Assembly (NCBI GenBank): GCA_951406725.2
Contig: OX597838.1
Location: 43,152,001-43,216,000 of the forward strand
DNA from: Octopus vulgaris
Lineage: Eukaryota
DNA length: 64,000 nucleotides
Direction of reading: 5' to 3'
Every line of letters begins with the position of its first letter. Positions within the stretch are counted from its first letter, which is position 1. Under the pieces are notes generated by a model. It saw nothing but the letters and a program-made list of their open reading frames with translations, did not search any database and had not been told where the DNA came from. Position numbers and translations under genes: made by a program. Shown one piece after another: positions 25,876-38,240 of the stretch.

Positions 25876-26412
25876 TATGAAGGCTCTGTGCACACAATTT
25901 GATGGTTTAATGTTATCATTGTAGATGTGTTTCTTTCCTTCTTCCTCTAGTCAATAGACTATATACTATTCATATAAAATACACTGTATTTTATATATAC
26001 ACATATGCATACACATCTGTCTGTTTGTCTCTAGTTATCTGTCTATCTGACCTTTTATCTATCAATGTATATACATATGTGTATAGATATATATATACTT
26101 ATATATAGAGAAGAACAGGTTGGGCAAAGTTCAGAGAGCGACTGCTCCTGTTTTACTCTCTAAGAGTGAAAGGCAGATTGTATGATGCCTGTGTATGTAC
26201 AGCTATGCTACATGGCAGTCATAATGTTCGCATTTTGATACTTGGCGCGAGTCATCAAGATACAAGCAACTCTTTCCCACTATTCTGATGGTTTCCTTTT
26301 TTCCATTGGTCAAGCTTCAATCTTTTTGCTCTCTGAGGCCATTGGCTATTCACCTATACATCTAGCTGCTCTTGAAAAAATGAGACAAAAATTGTCAGAT
26401 TTAGCCCAAACA

Positions 26413-26484
<72 letters not shown>

Positions 26485-26552
26485 CTAATAAAAAAACTGT
26501 ACATCAGAAAGAAGCACACTAACGGATAGAGTAGTAATTGTTAATATGTGAA

Positions 26553-26885
26553 GGCGCGTGGCTCAGTGGTTAGAGCATCGAGCTTACGATCATGAGGTTA
26601 TGAGCTCGAATCCCGGACCGGGCTGTGTGTTGTGTTCTTGAGCAAGACACTTTATTTCCTGTTGCTCCAGTTCACTCAGCTGTAGAAATGAGTTGCGATG
26701 TCACAGGTGCCAAGCTGTATCGGCCCTTGCCTTTCCCTTGGACAACATCGGTGACGTGGAGAGGGAGGCTGGTATGCATGGGCGACTGCTGGTCTTCCAT
26801 AAAACAACCTTGCCCAGACTTGTGCCTCAGAGGGTAACTCTCTAGGTGCAAACCCATGGTCAGTGTCTGACCGAAGGGGGTCACA
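26553..26885 (+). mobile_element. tRNA-derived SINE with V/Meta-like core
   Basis: A box TGGCTCAGTGG, B-box-like GCTCGAATCCC, then gtgttcttgagcaagacactt; related decayed copy at 35770-36048 (-). Confidence 0.85.
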
Positions 26886-26928
26886 CTGTTATGGCAAAAT
26901 TTTATATCTTCGACATAGAGTACAAGGT

Positions 26929-26977
<49 letters not shown>

Positions 26978-27283
26978 ACCAATGATATGTTTGAAGAAAA
27001 TCATATCTTTATTATATATATAGCTTAGATTGTTGGATTTTTAAGGTGTGATTTATAATAAAGATATGACTTTCTTCATACATATCATTGCTTGTTATTA
27101 AATACTCTGAATTTCTTAAAATTCTGCAGAAAGATTGCTGGATTTACCTGTCATGCATGAGGATTGATTTGGGATTTGGATTCTACAGACGTTTACTGGT
27201 ATCTACCTGTTGGAGATTTAACTTCATTCCTTTACACCGAGTGCTTGCTCGATATCTGCCAGGATTTTTTAATCCCACTCTTG

Positions 27284-27344
<61 letters not shown>

Positions 27345-27480
27345 AAGTATGGGGGTTTAGTTCACAGGTGATCTAAACGATTATGTATGCTAGGTAAGTG
27401 CTGTAACAGATTACTGGGGCTCCAAGGTTAAAGCCAAGATGGTAGTTATGGAGCCATTGCAGATTTCCGATGCAGTGGAC

Positions 27481-27790
27481 ATATAATTGTTAAAGAGGAC
27501 AACAAACATTAAGGCAAGACAATCATCTCAAGTTGAATACATTATTATTATTGAGAAAAAAAATTCAATGTCTTACAGCTGTTTCTGGGATATTCCGTCA
27601 TTGGAGACAAATAGGGAAAATGAGAAGGGTATAGATTTTCCCTATTTGTCTCCGATGACGGATTATCCCATACTCCAGGATATCCCAGAAACAGCTGTAA
27701 GACATTGAATTTTTTTTCCAGTAATAATAATGTATTTGACTTGAGATGCTTGCCTTGCCTTAACGTTTGTTGTCCTCTTAAACAATTATA
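27481..27790. mobile_element. ~310-bp palindrome with a hammerhead-like motif in each arm
   Basis: Arms fold around a 13-nt loop at 27622-27634. Plus strand: TGTCT-CCGATGA..GAAACAGCTGTA-AGACA (27647-27704); mirrored on the minus strand in the left arm. Confidence 0.75.
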
Positions 27791-28304
27791 TATATATATA
27801 TAATCTTATACTCTTTTCAGTCATTTGACTGTGGCCATGCTGGAGCACTGCCTTTAGTCAAACAAATCAACCCCAGGATTTATTCTTTGTAAGCCTAGTA
27901 CTTATTTTATCACCCTCTTTTGCCAAACTGGTAAGTTACAGGGACGTAAACACACCAACATCAGTTGTTTCCATTCAGTTTCCCTGTATGTCTCCACCAT
28001 CATGTTTTTATTCCCAGCTTTGAACCTCCATAAATCCTAAATTTTATTTTAGAATTTATAGGAGCAACTGTTTTTCAAGACTCATATTGTTATTGAATGC
28101 TGGAAATGAGGAGTAGGTAGACAGCCGACAACTGATGAAGGGTCCTCTCTCCGTCTTTACTGGTCCTGTTTTCCATTTTTTCTCTCTTTGTTTATGTATT
28201 TAACTCATTTGTTTACATATTTCATGTTATTTGCACCATTGGTGACATCCTGTACCCAAATATGCATGTGTGTGTGTATATATATATATATATATTATTT
28301 ATTT

Positions 28305-28720
28305 ATCATCATCATCATTGCCATCGTTTAACGTCCGTTTTCCATGCTAGCATGGGTTGGACGGTTCGACCGGGGTCTGGGAAGCCAGGAGGTTGCACCA
28401 GGCTCCAGTCTGATCTGGCAGTGTTTCTACAGCTGGATGCCCTTCCTAACACCAACCACTCCCTGAGTGTAGTGGGTGCTTTTTATGTGCTAGGGGAGGC
28501 TGGCAATGGCTACGATTGGATTGGTGCTTTTTACATGCCACCAACATGGCTATCACAACTACAATTTCCATTTGATTTTTATTTTGATGTTGGAGTACTT
28601 GACTCAATAGATCTCCTCAAAAACAGCAGGTCACTCTATGATCCAAGGTTAGCACAGCAGGCTGCCCAGTGAGCCATGAACTCACTTCATTTGTCGGGTC
28701 TTCAAAGTCACAGCATATCT
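28305..28720 (-). mobile_element. RTE 3' end fragment
   Basis: Homologous to 30760-30920. Confidence 0.8.
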
Positions 28721-28809
28721 CAGATATATATATGTATGTATGTATATATATGTGTGTGTGTGTGTGTATACATATATATATATATATATATACATACATA
28801 TATATATAC

Positions 28810-28850
<41 letters not shown>

Positions 28851-28855
<5 letters not shown>

Positions 28856-30920
28856 GAAGGAGTCATACCCAATGACTGGTGTAGTAGCATAATAGTCAAC
28901 ACTGCTACAAAGGTAAAGGTGACGCCCTAGATACAAGTAATTACAGAGGTATAAAGCTGTTGGACCAGGTAATGAAGGTTATGGAAAGGATCATGGCCCA
29001 ACTGATTAGAGAGAGAGTCAACCTAGACGAGATGCAGTTTGGTTTCATGCCAGGGAAAATACACCACTGATGCCATATTTCTGGTGAGATAGCTGAAGGA
29101 GAAATACCTAGCCAAAGATAAAACTCTGTACCTGGCTTTCGTTGACCTAGAGAAAGCCTTTGACAGGGTCCCTCGTTCCCTTATCTGGTGGTCAATGAGG
29201 AAACTAGGGATAGATGAATGGTTAGTGAGAGCTGTGCGTGCCATGTACAGGGACGCTGTTAGTAAGGTGAGGGTTGGCAACGAGTACAGTGAAGAATTCC
29301 GGGTAGAGGTTGGGGTCCACCAAGGCTCAGTCCTCAGCCCCCTCCTATTTATCATAGTCCTCCAGGCAATAACGGAGGAATTTAAGACAGAATGCCCCTG
29401 GGAGCTCCTCTATGCTGATGACCTTGCTCTAATTGCTAAATCACTATCAGAACTTGAGGAGAAGTTTCAGGCGTGGAAGCAAGGATTAGAATCGAAGGGC
29501 CTTAGAGTCAATCTAGCTAAAACCAAAGTCCTAATAAGTAGGAAGGTAGACAAATCTCAAACGCCTTCAGGTAGATGGACCTGCTCGATCTGTAGAAAAG
29601 GCGTAGGTAGGAACTCTATAAGATGCACCAAGTGTAAGCTATGGACACATAGGAGGTGCAGCAATGTCAAAGGTAGGCTTACTGGGAAGATAGTTTTTGT
29701 ATGTGGCAGATGCTCTGGTGCAATAAACACTGGAAATGCGCAGAGACCATCTTCCGCCACATTCCAGGGAGAAAAACTAGAAGTAGTTGATAGTTGGTGA
29801 CCTAGGTGACCAAGTCAGTAGCGGGGGTGGGTGTGCCGAAAGTGTAACTGCTAGAATAAGAATAGCCTGGGCAAAGTTCAGAGAGCTCTTACCTCTGCTG
29901 GTGACAAAAGGCCTCTCGCTCAGAGTAAAAGGCAGACTGTATAACGCATGTATGCGAACAGCCATGCTACATGGCAGTGAAACATGGGCCGTGACTGCTG
30001 AGGATATGCGTAAGCTTGCAAGAAATGAAGCCAGTATGCTCCGATGGATGTGTAATGTCAGTGTTCATACCCGACAGAGTGTAAGTGCCTTGAGAGAAAA
30101 GTTGGACCTAAGAAGCATCAGCTGTGGTGTGCAAGAGAGGCGTCTATGCTGGTATGGACACGTAGTAAGAATGGATGAAGATAGTTGTGTGAAAAAGTGC
30201 CACACCCTAGCGGTTGAGGGAACCTGTGGAAGAGGTAGACCCAGGAAAACCTGGGACGAGGTGGTGAAGAACGACCTTCGCTCTTTAGGTCTCACCGAGG
30301 AAATGACCAGAGACCGAGACCTTTGGAAGTATGCTGTGCGCGAGAAGACCCAGCAGGTCAAGTGAGGCCATAACCCATGGCCCCTACCTGGGACGTAGTC
30401 AGTCCACCTGTGCATACCTTCCTTCTTGGGACACATAACTCTACTTGTGAAGACCTGTTGAGGCAAGTGAAAATCAAAAAATCAAAAATCAAAGAATCAA
30501 ATCAAAATCGATGAACATCAATGGAATTTGTAGTTTTGTGATACCAGTGCCGGTGGCACATCAGAAAACCATCCGAACGTGGCCGTAGCCAGTACCGCAT
30601 TGACTGGCCTCCGTGCTGGTGGCACATAACAAACACCATCCGATCGTGGCCGTGCCAGCCTCGCCTCGCCTCCGTGCTGGTGGCACGTTAAAAACACCAT
30701 CCGAGTGTGGCCGTTCGCCAGCCTCGTCTGGCACCTGTGTCGGTGGCACATAAAAAGCACCCACTACACTCACGGAGTGGTTGGCGTTAGGAAGGGCATC
30801 CAGCTGTAGAAACACTGCTAGATCTGACTGGCCTGGTGCAGCCTTCGGGCTTCCCAGACCCCAGTTGAACCGTCCAACCCGTTCTAGCACGGAAAACGGA
30901 CGTTAAACGATGATGATGAT
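28851..30920 (+). mobile_element. 5'-truncated RTE-clade LINE (RT, PHD-like Cys finger, C-terminal domain, repetitive 3'UTR, (GAT)n tail)
   Basis: IPNDW..YKGKGD..NYRGIKL..QFGF..FVDLEKAFDRV..GVHQGSVLSPLLF..LLYADDL..LHGSETW..RGRPRKTW; several frameshifts and a stop; no endonuclease domain. Confidence 0.95.
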
Positions 30921-30937
30921 ATATATATATATATATA

Positions 30938-31202
30938 CTCGCCTGGCCCTCGTGCCGGTGGCACATAAAAAGCACCATCCGTTCGTGGCTGTTTGCCAGC
31001 TCTGTCTGGCATCTGTGCGGGTGGCACGTAAAAAGCACCCACTACACTCACGGAGTGGTTGGCGTTAGGAAGGGCATCCAGCTGTAGAAACACTGCCAGA
31101 TTTGACTGGGCCTGATGAAGCCTTCTGGCTTCACAGACCCCAGTAGAACCGTCCAACCCATGCTAGCATGGAAAACGGACGCTAAATGATGATGATGATG
31201 AT
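30938..31202 (+). mobile_element. Second RTE 3' end in tandem
   Basis: Repeats about 30660-30920 after a (TA)n spacer. Confidence 0.85.
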
Positions 31203-31314
31203 ATATATACATATATATATATATACATACATATATATATATATATATACATATATATATGTATACATATATATATATATATGTGTGTGTGCGTGTGTGT
31301 GATATACGTGTGCC

Positions 31315-32053
31315 AGGTATATTCCAGATGTTTTGAAATTTCTCAGGAAAGACACTTATTAAGTTCAAAGAAGTACAAAACTCCAATGTCCTTCAAATTA
31401 ATGTCCTCTGACTCCAATGCATCTGTTGTAGCACTCCAGCCACTTTGTGAAGGCCACCATGGAAGTCGTCCAAAATGTTGTGTCCAAGACTTTTCTCACA
31501 GGAACAAAGGTGTGGATAATCTCAATGCCCATCTCTGTCAAGTGGGTGGTTACCAGGATGGCATTGTGGACTGGTGCTGGAGCTCTGACCTTTTGTGGTA
31601 AAATCTCTTCATGAACTCCTCCAAAAAGTACTCTTTTTTGACCATCTCGCCTGATGGAACCCAGTGGATGCAGATCGTGGTCTTGCTGTTGGAACAGGGG
31701 ATTGCAATGAGCTTTCCAATGCACTTGCTTTCCTTGGCCTCTTATGCTGGTGAAAAACAGATGCTCATCTCACAGCAGTCCAGAGCATCTCACGAGTTCC
31801 TGTAGCATTTTCGCCCAGTTTCACACAGAACTTTGTTGCAAGTTTCCAAATTGTCTTCACATCCCGACTGCATTCTGCAAACTGGTCAGCTCTGACTGTT
31901 CAAAGTGGTGTCTCCTTCAATGGAATAACAAAAGTTAGTGGCAGGTCAACTTATTAGATTTATAGTAACAATATGCTATAAATCACTGTAAAATCTAGAA
32001 CTGTTATAACTGTCTCTACTAAAAAAAAGTTTCAAAACTTCTGGAATGGCTTT
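31315..32053 (-). mobile_element. Internally deleted mariner-like element
   Basis: TIR-like ends attccagatgttttgaaa / tttcaaaacttctggaat; minus strand carries remnants of a transposase C-terminus (KWLECYNRCIGVRG; KRFYHKRSE). Confidence 0.65.
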
Positions 32054-32279
32054 GTGTGTATTTATATGATGATGATGATGATGATGATGATGATATATAT
32101 ATATAGTTTGTAGAAATACATAAATCTGAAGAAGCACACCCATATGCATACATACACACACATATATACACTATATATACATACATACATACTTATATAT
32201 ATATACATCCACCTACATATGTATATATAGTGTATATATGTATTTTCCTAAATGGTACATATATGTGTACTCATATGTG

Positions 32280-32321
<42 letters not shown>

Positions 32322-32517
32322 CTCCATCATCATTCAACGCCCGTTTTCCACGCTAGCATGAGTTGGACGGTTTGACTGAAAACGGGAGTTGCACCAGATT
32401 TCAATCTATAAAATTATTAATAACGAGTGTGGGGTACTTTATATTACAGGGAAAAACATCAGGATTAACCCCAGATTTAAACTGGTACATACATACATGT
32501 ATACGTATGTACATGTC

Positions 32518-32562
<45 letters not shown>

Positions 32563-32789
32563 TATATATATATATTATATCTATCTATATATAAACCTTC
32601 TAATATATATATACTGTATGTAGATACACAAATATATATCGACATGTAATACATATTTAAATGCACACAAGCCTAAATATATACACAAAATTTATTAACA
32701 TTTATTTATAGATTTATGTAAATATATGTATATAAATATACTCAAGATATATATAAATATACACAAATATAGATATATTTAATTATAGA

Positions 32790-34160
32790 TATAAACGTCG
32801 TTGCGTGTGTGCACGTAATTGCACTGTGAATGTGTTATTGTCTCATTGTTTCCGTTAATTTTGTGAAGTGCGCGTGTTTTATACGTAGTGTTTATGCTGT
32901 TGTATACTATATTATACAGACCCAAACACATACATACAGCAGGCGTATATATCTCCGTTTGTGTCCATGTTGTAAATGCAATTGAGTGTGTGTGTGTGTG
33001 TGCGAGCGCGCGTTGTGCGTACGAACACCTGCTTTCCTTATAAGGAATATATCAATGCTTTCTTTGTCCCGTAAACTATAGATCAGATCCGTTTCTCTAG
33101 TTTTGTTGTGTGTGTTGTTTTTCCCCTTCTTAACTCCTCGACTCACTTCTCTCGTAGCAACGACGTCGTCGTCGTCGCCTGGAATCAGCGGAGCCCAAAG
33201 AACCAATTCCAATTTTTGACCAGATATAGTCCGTTGTGAATCAAAAACATTACGCTGCAAGAAGCGAAAAAAAAAAACCTAGAAAGAAAAGGAGGAATAA
33301 GAGAAAGAAAAAAGTTCCCTTTAGTATCACAAACGGGTGCCCCTATTTTTGCTCCTTTCGTGTGTTTATAGTCAACGACTTTTCCTCTTTTCTTCCTCCA
33401 TCGTTTTTCTTCTTGTTTAAATTTTTTGTCTTCGTATTCTCTCCTCTTTCTCATGTTCACTGGTGGTTATTCCACTTTCTACTTCAATTCAGTCCGTGAT
33501 GAGGATGTAAAAAGCAAAACAACCAAAACAAAAAAAGCGTAACCAACAACAAAAAACAAAAACCCCCAACAAGAACCTGTTAATGAGAACAGCCATTGGT
33601 TATTGTTCTCACGATGTCAGATGCAAATGCGATTTCCCACGAGTGTCCGTTTCACGTCCCCTCCCGCACAACTAGGTTAGTAGTGTATGAAAAAATGTAG
33701 CGGCGGCTGGAAGGCCACAAATCTTTACTCTCTCAGCACACATCGTGGAAGAATAACAACAACAAGAAAAAGTAGTTATTTGTTGTTGTGGGTTGGTGGT
33801 TGCCTTATTTACCGTTTGTTTTTTGCCTTCAGTTGTTGGGGGTCTCTTCCGTTGGCGGTGTGAAGAAGAGGTCAACTTGGTTAAAAGAAAGCTTTTTACT
33901 ACGAAGTGTCAACAAAACACAACACACTGTTCTAGTGTGTTGTGTTTTGTCGTCACCAACTTCACATTTACTCCTGGACTATCTATCGATTATCGCCCTC
34001 ATTACTATTAAAATCCTACTGAAAATAATAATAATAATAATCAACGGCTGTCTTGTATAAAAGCTCTGAAAACTTGTTAATGACATGGAATATTTAATTA
34101 ATCTGCCGTTAGCATGAATGAAAAAGACCATATGAACACCAGCCAGGTAAGCAGACTCAC
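32790..34160. promoter_or_regulatory. CpG-enriched putative bidirectional promoter with divergent first exons
   Basis: No interspersed repeats; CpG-rich relative to flanks; ATTGG near 33595; minus-strand donor GAA|GTGAGT at 33147/33146; plus-strand donor CAG|GTAAGC at 34146/34147. Confidence 0.5.
34114..34146 (+). CDS. Possible first coding exon segment MNEKDHMNTSQ, phase-0 donor; product unknown
   Basis: ATG plus 10 codons directly before a consensus GTAAG donor; downstream exons not identified. Confidence 0.3.
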
Positions 34161-34362
34161 ATTTTCTCCCTCTCTTTCTTCCTCTCTCGTTTCAAACTCA
34201 TTTGCTTGATAACAGGAGTTCAAACGATCAGACTTGTTACTCAAACAAAATAACTACTTCCTTTTGTTGTTGTTGTTGTTGTTTTCGTTATTTCAAAGTT
34301 GGAGCTGTCATTTATTTATCATTGTACTTTACTGAATAAGTAATACTTATCATCTCTGTGTA

Positions 34363-34429
<67 letters not shown>

Positions 34430-34541
34430 TACATATATGTATATATACACACACACTCCCAAATATATACTTATACACACATACATATATATATATGTAT
34501 GTATGTATGTGTGTATAAGTATATATTTGGGAGTGTGTGTG

Positions 34542-34580
<39 letters not shown>

Positions 34581-34749
34581 CATATATGTATGTATATATA
34601 TATTATTTATATTATATATATATATATGTTTGTGTATAAATATATATTTGGGAGTGTGTGTGTATATATATATATATATATGGTTGTGTATGAATATATA
34701 TTTGGAAGTGTGTGTATATATATATATAGTATATACACACACATAGTTT

Positions 34750-37700
34750 TAGACAGAACCACCATTCTTTGGTCAGACATTGTGGTCTCATGCTCCAGAT
34801 GCTCACTTCACCAGGACCCTATTCCTATCCAGTCCATAATATCATTACTTTATCTTCATGTCTGTCATCTGCAAGCCTGTTTTCTTCCCATTCTGCGCTC
34901 ACCCCCACCAGGATATATGCACAGAGGTTCTTGGCCCTCATAATGTAGTATTCACTCGCTGAGCTCATCACCACCAGATTACAACCTGTTCCTATAACCA
35001 GGGCCGAATACTTCATTCTGTAGGTTGTCCAACTGATTCATATCTCTTATCTGTTGCACAACTGCATATGGTTCCTCCTTCACACCTGTGCAATACTGCT
35101 GGTCAATACTGGGTCTTTTGAAGTTTTAGCTAGATGCTTTTGTTGAGGGTACAAGTCTTTTCATATTCCGTATTGAATGACTTGACAGCAGATGTCCCTG
35201 CGCAAGACTTGTTCTGCTTTCCTTGCTGAAGACTGCTGTTTGGTCGACAGTGGAGCCCAGGTACCTGAACTTGTCAATCTGGACAAACATGACCCCTTGC
35301 TATCTGTTGTATGGTAAGCTGCTGTGGTTCCATGGCTTCTGACATGGTCTTGAACTGTTTGGAGTTGATCTCAAGTTGAAACTTGGTAGAGGCTCCACTA
35401 ACTTTATTTATCAGTCTCTGGAGCTCAACCATTAAGGTAGTGACCAGCACAATGCCATCACCATAAAGAATATTATTTTTTGGACACTGTCTGCTGAGTG
35501 ACCCGAGGTCATCTGCTGGCTGCACACTGTCCGCTGAGTGACCCAACTGAGGTCATCTGCTGGCTGCCACATCACCTGTTTGGAGTGGAAATTAAAGCAG
35601 ATGGCTGAGGCAAAACAACTATGTTGAACTTCTTTCTCAACGCTAAAACTAGCCCCTAAACTCACATGAGCCCTCACACTCACTTGTTGACCAAGTTTAC
35701 TGTCTCTGCAGTATGTTGACAATACGTAAACACACACACACAGACATAGACACATACATACACAGACACACGTGTGATCGACCAGACAGTGGATGTTGTT
35801 ATACATCACTGGTCACAATGCACTTTGCATCATTTTAGCTTTCGAATGAAGCCCCTTCCACTGGCCAACTGTCCCCTATGATTAGAAGGCTAAGTTCATT
35901 GCAGGGTTACCCATTTACAGCTGAATAGAGTGGGGTAACGTGAAATGAAGTGTTTTACTCAAAGACACAACTCCCAGCCAGTCTGGGAATTGAAATCACG
36001 ATCTCATGATCCTGAATGCAACATGCCTAACCACTCTGCCATGTCCCTTCGTATTACACAGACACACACATAAATGAAAACCATCCAAAAGAACTCCAAG
36101 TGGCCAGGATCATGAATGTGGACAGCAGAGATGAATAAAGTTATGTTAAATTCTATAATTGAGGAATTCCTAATTTAATGAAAATAAGTTACCTTAGGCA
36201 CAGGTGTGGCTGTGTGGTAAGAAGTTTGTTTCCTAATCACATGGTTCTCACTCCAATCCCACCATGTGGCACCTTGGGCATGTGTCTTCTTCTATAGCCT
36301 TGATCTGACCAAAGCATTGTGAATGGATTTGGTTGACAGAAACTGAAAGAAGCCTGTGTGTTTGTGCCTGTGTTTGTCCCTCCCCCATCAACTGTTAGAC
36401 AACCAGTTTTGTTGTGCTTACCTCTCTGTGATCTAGTAGTTCAGCAAAAGAGACTGACAGAGTAAGTACCAGGTTGTTTTTAAAAAAATATACTGTGGTC
36501 GATTCATTTGACTGAAAATTCTTCAAGGTGGTGCTCCAGCATGGCCACAGTCTAATGACCTAGACAAGTAAAAGAAAAAGAAATACCTTTTTGCTATTGT
36601 GACCAGATCTGAATGAGAAGGGGACAACACCTCCAGATTCAAGATTTTCTGAAATTGACCTGTCATCAGAGTAGAGTTTGATTTTCTGGAGACAAGTGGT
36701 CAGTTGTGGACATGTGTTCCTCCAGTTAGACTTATTGTTGCTATATTTTATCAATAATCAACTCTTCCATTTTCCCTTTTTGATTTCTAAAGACTTGTTT
36801 TTAAGCTGTTGTCATTGAGATCGGGTTCCCCCGTCTTGTGTTCATAGAATCAAGGCATTTCAGATTATGAGTGAAGTTAAAGTCTGGCAGTTTTCCCTGT
36901 ACCCATTCGATACTGTGTGCTTCCCCTTCTTCAGACTCCCTCATGGGCAGGAAGAATAGGGGACATTACACACCTCTGCAACAATGTTGAACCTGTTTGG
37001 GTTCCTAACTTTGGTTCATTCTTAGCGACAAGTTTTCTGGTAAAGTGGTTTGCTTGGTGTCCTTTTAGTAGATGAGCTTAGCACAAAACATAAAGATTTT
37101 CAAAAGAGATTCTGCTGTCAAAAGGGAAGATTTGTCTACTGCTCAACCTTCTGCTCTTGAATCCTACTTTTTGGTTTCAGGCAAGTAAAGAACCCCCAGG
37201 GACAAACAGCAAAGTTATTCGATGGTAGTTGCTGCAGTTACTTAGATTTCCTTTCTTAGACAATGCAATTATCACTCCATCACCTCACTTCAGGCTTCAA
37301 TGACTGACCCTTTTAGTTGCAAAAAAAAAAAAATATCCCAAGCCTTCTGCTGTGAAATCTCTCCCATGCTTAAGCAGTTCTACAGTCATCACATCTAACT
37401 TGCTGTTCTTCAGGTGATGAATAATTCTTCCATTGAGATGTCTTCATCTGTCACCTGTGATCCATCAAAGGCCTCTCTTGGATGAGGATGGAGAGTCCAC
37501 CTATTTGGTCAATTACTCTTTGCTCATAAGCAACATCTGACCATCTTTATGCTTTAATCAGCTCTCATGAAACACTTCTTGCTTCTTCAGCTCTTTCACA
37601 ATTCTCTACAGACATCAAGTGGCACTTCTCATTGCCTTTTCTTCCACCTCCTTTTGCCTTTCACCTCAAGCTATATCCTCTGGCCACCCCACCTACGACT

Positions 37701-38240
37701 CATTTCCATTTATTCTTTCCATAGATGTCTCTACTTTCTGTCTTTGTTGTTTCCATTTGCATACATTCTTTGCTTGACCCTTTTTTTTTTTTGTTTTTAC
37801 TTTTTACACCTGTCAGTGGTCAGGTTCTGCAAGGCTGAAGAGATCCATTAATCCTGGATATTGGTGCATGTCATGATGATGAGTCCACTGTCTCTCATAA
37901 TCAAATTCTTCATCACCATTTCAAGGAATCTGGCCCAAGTTTCTGCCTGCTCGTCACAGCCTGTCTTTGTCATTTGTATCTTCCTCAGTTTCAAGCAGAT
38001 CCATCCAACTCCCAGACTCCACTTTTCTACCAATATCAGCTCCATAGGTGCAGACATCTTTCAAGGATGAACACCATCTTGCACAAATGCTGATGCAGCG
38101 ATCTCATTTCTGATGGTATCTTGCAACAAACTCCTTGTAGTTTTGTGGTTATGCTTCTGAGCAAAAAACACATTACTGGTCCTGGAATCCACAGCAGTTG
38201 CCCAGTACCAGCAGCCCTTTACTGTTGTTGGTAAAACCAT
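34750..38240 (-). mobile_element. Old, fragmented RTE/BovB-like LINE with later insertions
   Basis: Minus strand: HKTT..IRNEI and DVCTYGADIG (endonuclease end, 38030-38160), FRSGH (~36610), ELQRLINKV..LEINSK and DKFRYLGST (35250-35430). Confidence 0.6.
36195..36575 (+). mobile_element. SINE family A, full length
   Basis: aggcacaggtgtggctgtgtggtaag through ggtgctccagcatggccacagtc. Confidence 0.85.

Noticed and set aside
26553-26625. tRNA gene
   Set aside because: Stems are imperfect and the sequence runs into a SINE core; it is a SINE head.
27655-27690. SECIS-like ATGA..GA hairpin
   Set aside because: No apical AA motif; the hammerhead reading fits better.
28125-28150. CTGATGAAGGG motif
   Set aside because: No downstream GAAA or stem III found.
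30545-30760. CRISPR-like repeat array
   Set aside because: Units are diverged tandem repeats without unique spacers, inside a LINE 3'UTR; no cas genes.
33185-33499. Lys/Arg- and Phe-rich ORFs in the promoter region
   Set aside because: Reflect purine/pyrimidine strand bias typical of UTRs; no recognisable domain.
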